A DNA stretch of 36,640 bases, taken from NCBI GenBank assembly GCA_012516825.1, contig JAAYWF010000154.1, forward strand, positions 1 to 36,640, given 5' to 3'. The notes under the pieces are model-generated. The model worked only from the letters and a program-made list of their open reading frames with translations, ran no database searches and was not told the DNA's origin. The number at the start of each line of letters is the position of its first letter. The stretch's first letter is position 1. The translations under genes and the position numbers were made by a program. Source of the stretch: Lentimicrobium sp. (lineage in GTDB: Bacteria > Bacteroidota > Bacteroidia > Bacteroidales > 4484-276). Positions 34,443-36,640 of the stretch are shown here, one piece after another.

Positions 34443-35204
34443 CTAATAGTAATAATAATCTTTTGCCATTCGTTTTCTGAAAGGGATAATCCAACCCAAT
34501 TTTATTCCATAAAGGATGTCAAGTCGTTGATTATCGTCAATAGTCATGGTATCGAAATTTATAGAGCGCCGCCCCTTCGTCCATCCCTCAACAATTTCGA
34601 TACCGGCAAAAAAGTTATGTAGTCGCTTTTTGTCCATCCTCATATATCCAATAAACTGTACAGCGCTAAAACCATTAGTCATTCGGTCGTATCCTTTATT
34701 ATAATCTTTACGCAAAGCTGCAACCATGTTGTCTTTAACTTTAATAAAAATTTTGTGTTGCATAAAACCTGTACCCGCTAACAGCATCAACCCCGAATTA
34801 GGATCAGAAGCGGTTAAAGGGATCAATTTTCCGGCTCTGAGTGTGGTATAGAATCCTCGTTCGAAAAAACTCACCTCAGCTATCTGACCATTATCTCCAA
34901 TAACAAAACCATCAACGGTTAACAGATTTTGAATCAGACCTTCCTGATTGATCTTATTACCAAAAATGTAATTATAATCAGCCATAAAAAGCCAATTACC
35001 ACCGGTTTTATGTTGATATCCCATACCGATTGTGGAGTTGCTACCGAAGCGCTCGGACATATCACCTGCAGGAAGCTGAAAGCTAACTGCCGGGAATACC
35101 ATGATGACATTCTCTATCTCGTTCTTTGCAGCGCCCTCAGCCTGTGCATGAGCTAAACCTGTGAAAGCAAAAAAACATATTGAAAGTATAATGACGTACT
35201 TCAT
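34443..35204 (-). CDS. Hypothetical outer-membrane beta-barrel protein
   Basis: ATG at 35204 gives a signal peptide 'MKYVIILSICFFAFTGLAHA-Q'; amphipathic strands; ends in 'GIKLGWIIPF...YYYY'. Confidence 0.7.
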   Translation of the reverse strand: MKYVIILSICFFAFTGLAHAQAEGAAKNEIENVIMVFPAVSFQLPAGDMSERFGSNSTIGMGYQHKTGGNWLFMADYNYIFGNKINQEGLIQNLLTVDGFVIGDNGQIAEVSFFERGFYTTLRAGKLIPLTASDPNSGLMLLAGTGFMQHKIFIKVKDNMVAALRKDYNKGYDRMTNGFSAVQFIGYMRMDKKRLHNFFAGIEIVEGWTKGRRSINFDTMTIDDNQRLDILYGIKLGWIIPFRKRMAKDYYYY

Positions 35205-35264
35205 ATAACAATATTGATCAACAAAGATAAAGCTTTGGTTTTGGCGTGAGTATTTAACAAACAT

Positions 35265-35936
35265 TTATTGCTCTGATTTTGGAGAAATTAAATGAACCCC
35301 AACCTCGTAATGACGATTTAAAACATTGACCATCAGTAAATAGTCCTCATCATTCGAAACAAAATCAAGATTATTTGTATCTACTATTACAATTCGCATA
35401 TTCGACTGCTGACGGATAAATTCAAGGTAACTGGTTTGTATCTTTTCTAAATATTCGGCTTTAATATATGTTTCGTAGTCGCGCCCTCGTTTTTTTATGT
35501 TTTTTAAAAGATTATCTACATCAAGATATAGATAGATGAGCAAGTCAGGTCTGGGTAAGGTTTCGCTGATGATCTCAAAAAGCTTTTTGTAAAGTCCGAA
35601 AGTGTCGTCAGGAAGGTTTTTTCTGGCAAAGATGAAAGATTTATGAATAAAATAGTCGGAAACAGTAAAGTTGGTAAATAGATCGCGATGGGTAAGTTCT
35701 TGTTTTAGTTGTTCGAACCTTTCGGCAAGAAAAGAGAGCTCAAGAGGGAAGGCGTATTTGTCGGGTTCTTTATAAAATTTAGGTAGAAATGAGTTCTCTT
35801 CAAACTGTTCTAATATCAGCTTTGCATTAAAATCATGGGCTATCCGTGTAGCAAGAGATGTTTTACCAGCTCCAATATTTCCTTCTATTGATACGAAGTT
35901 GTAAGACAAAAGTCTATTTGGTGTAACGCCATGCAT
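35265..35936 (-). CDS. Deoxynucleoside kinase
   Basis: P-loop 'IEGNIGAGKTS', 'FLPKFY', 'PDLLIYL', lid 'IKKRGRDYE'. Start uncertain. Confidence 0.92.
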   Translation of the reverse strand: MHGVTPNRLLSYNFVSIEGNIGAGKTSLATRIAHDFNAKLILEQFEENSFLPKFYKEPDKYAFPLELSFLAERFEQLKQELTHRDLFTNFTVSDYFIHKSFIFARKNLPDDTFGLYKKLFEIISETLPRPDLLIYLYLDVDNLLKNIKKRGRDYETYIKAEYLEKIQTSYLEFIRQQSNMRIVIVDTNNLDFVSNDEDYLLMVNVLNRHYEVGVHLISPKSEQ

Positions 35937-36010
35937 AAGTATTAAATAAAAAATGTTCAACGATTCTTTGCTCTATATTTTTCATGATTCATTATTACAA
36001 TCAAATGAAT

Positions 36011-36019
36011 TGTGGATAA
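36011..36019 (-). promoter_or_regulatory. Single consensus DnaA box (TTATCCACA)
   Basis: TGTGGATAA on the + strand in the AT-rich folK-kinase spacer; function unproven. Confidence 0.25.
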
Positions 36020-36098
36020 AACTTTATTTTAATCGTAGTATGTGAAGCATTGTCAATAGTTCTTTGTTGTTTTTATTCCTGTAATTTATTTGTAAAAA

Positions 36099-36599
36099 TT
36101 ATTTTGTTGACGTAAAGATTCGCACAACTTTCATATTGTCATCACATTCGGCTAAAAGCTGTGCTATTGTCTTATTTAAAACCGGATGCATAAGGTCGGG
36201 TGCAAGCTCATTCATTGGCACAAGAGTAAATCGTCGTAAATGTAATCTTGGATGAGGAATAATAATTTTTGGGGTGTTAATTACTTGACTGCCAAAAAAA
36301 AGTATGTCAACATCCAATATTCTGGATTGGTATCCTGCTATTTTTTTCCTCTTACGTCCGACCTGTTTTTCTATCTCTAAAAGTCTGTTTAATAATTTCA
36401 TCGGATCTAATTCCGTAGCTATTTCGACCACTTGATTAAGGAAATCCTCATCAGCATCAAAACCCCATGGCGATGTTTTATATATGGCTGATTCCCTAAC
36501 TAAAGTAATCTCTTTTGATTGAATTAGCGTACGGGCTTTCAACAAGTTATGATTTTTATCACCAAGGTTTGAGCCAAGTAAGAGATAACTTTTTTGCAT
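36099..36599 (-). CDS. folK: 2-amino-4-hydroxy-6-hydroxymethyldihydropteridine diphosphokinase
   Basis: 'LLGSNLGD', 'FLNQV', 'IEKQVGR', 'RILDVDIL', 'PHPRLHLRRFTLVP'. Confidence 0.96.
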   Translation of the reverse strand: MQKSYLLLGSNLGDKNHNLLKARTLIQSKEITLVRESAIYKTSPWGFDADEDFLNQVVEIATELDPMKLLNRLLEIEKQVGRKRKKIAGYQSRILDVDILFFGSQVINTPKIIIPHPRLHLRRFTLVPMNELAPDLMHPVLNKTIAQLLAECDDNMKVVRIFTSTK

Positions 36600-36640
36600 T
36601 TTTGAGAAAAAATGATTGAAATCGTGTCAAAAATAAGACA

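Noticed and set aside
593-35156. Short ORF-track ORFs overlapping the called genes (e.g. 3573-3935, 7487-8029, 12673-12972, 26694-26975)
   Set aside because: Antisense or alternate-frame shadows of well-supported genes with no recognisable motifs.
35265-36599. folK and the kinase share a reading frame, suggesting a split or read-through FolK-kinase fusion
   Set aside because: An additional in-frame stop (36024-36026) lies in the spacer, the spacer does not look coding, and a shared frame has a 1-in-3 chance.
1-36640. CRISPR array, tandem repeats, transposases, rRNA
   Set aside because: No regularly spaced direct repeats, transposase/recombinase motifs or rRNA-like sequence observed.

Overview
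Gene-dense chromosomal segment of a Bacteroidota (Bacteroidales-like) bacterium. The assignment rests on a T9SS C-terminal-domain protein, DUF3127, IPExxxVDY-like and DUF5916-like proteins, a GH13_8-type GlgB and repeated TAnnTTTG promoter elements. It holds 30 credible CDSs, mostly housekeeping: a HhH/ComEA-beta-barrel gene pair, aat, miaB-like, PfkB kinase, exbB-exbD-tonB, menG/ubiE, glgB, pulA, a TonB-dependent receptor, a macrodomain protein, tcdA, tatD, LOG family, uvrA, a K+/H+ antiporter, pstSCAB, waaA, deoxynucleoside kinase and folK. There are four tRNAs (Asn-GTT, Asp-GTC, Leu-TAA, Gly-GCC). I found no transposase, integrase, prophage, CRISPR array or defence locus, and I cannot point to a clearly new system. 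The best leads are: (i) a ~145-nt nested inverted-repeat element with promoter motifs upstream of the putative DNA-uptake operon (structured RNA or invertible promoter); (ii) that operon itself, divergent from an SSB-tailed DUF3127 gene; (iii) a ~200-nt multi-stem element after a low-GC T9SS cargo gene. All family assignments come from motif recognition by eye, not database searches.
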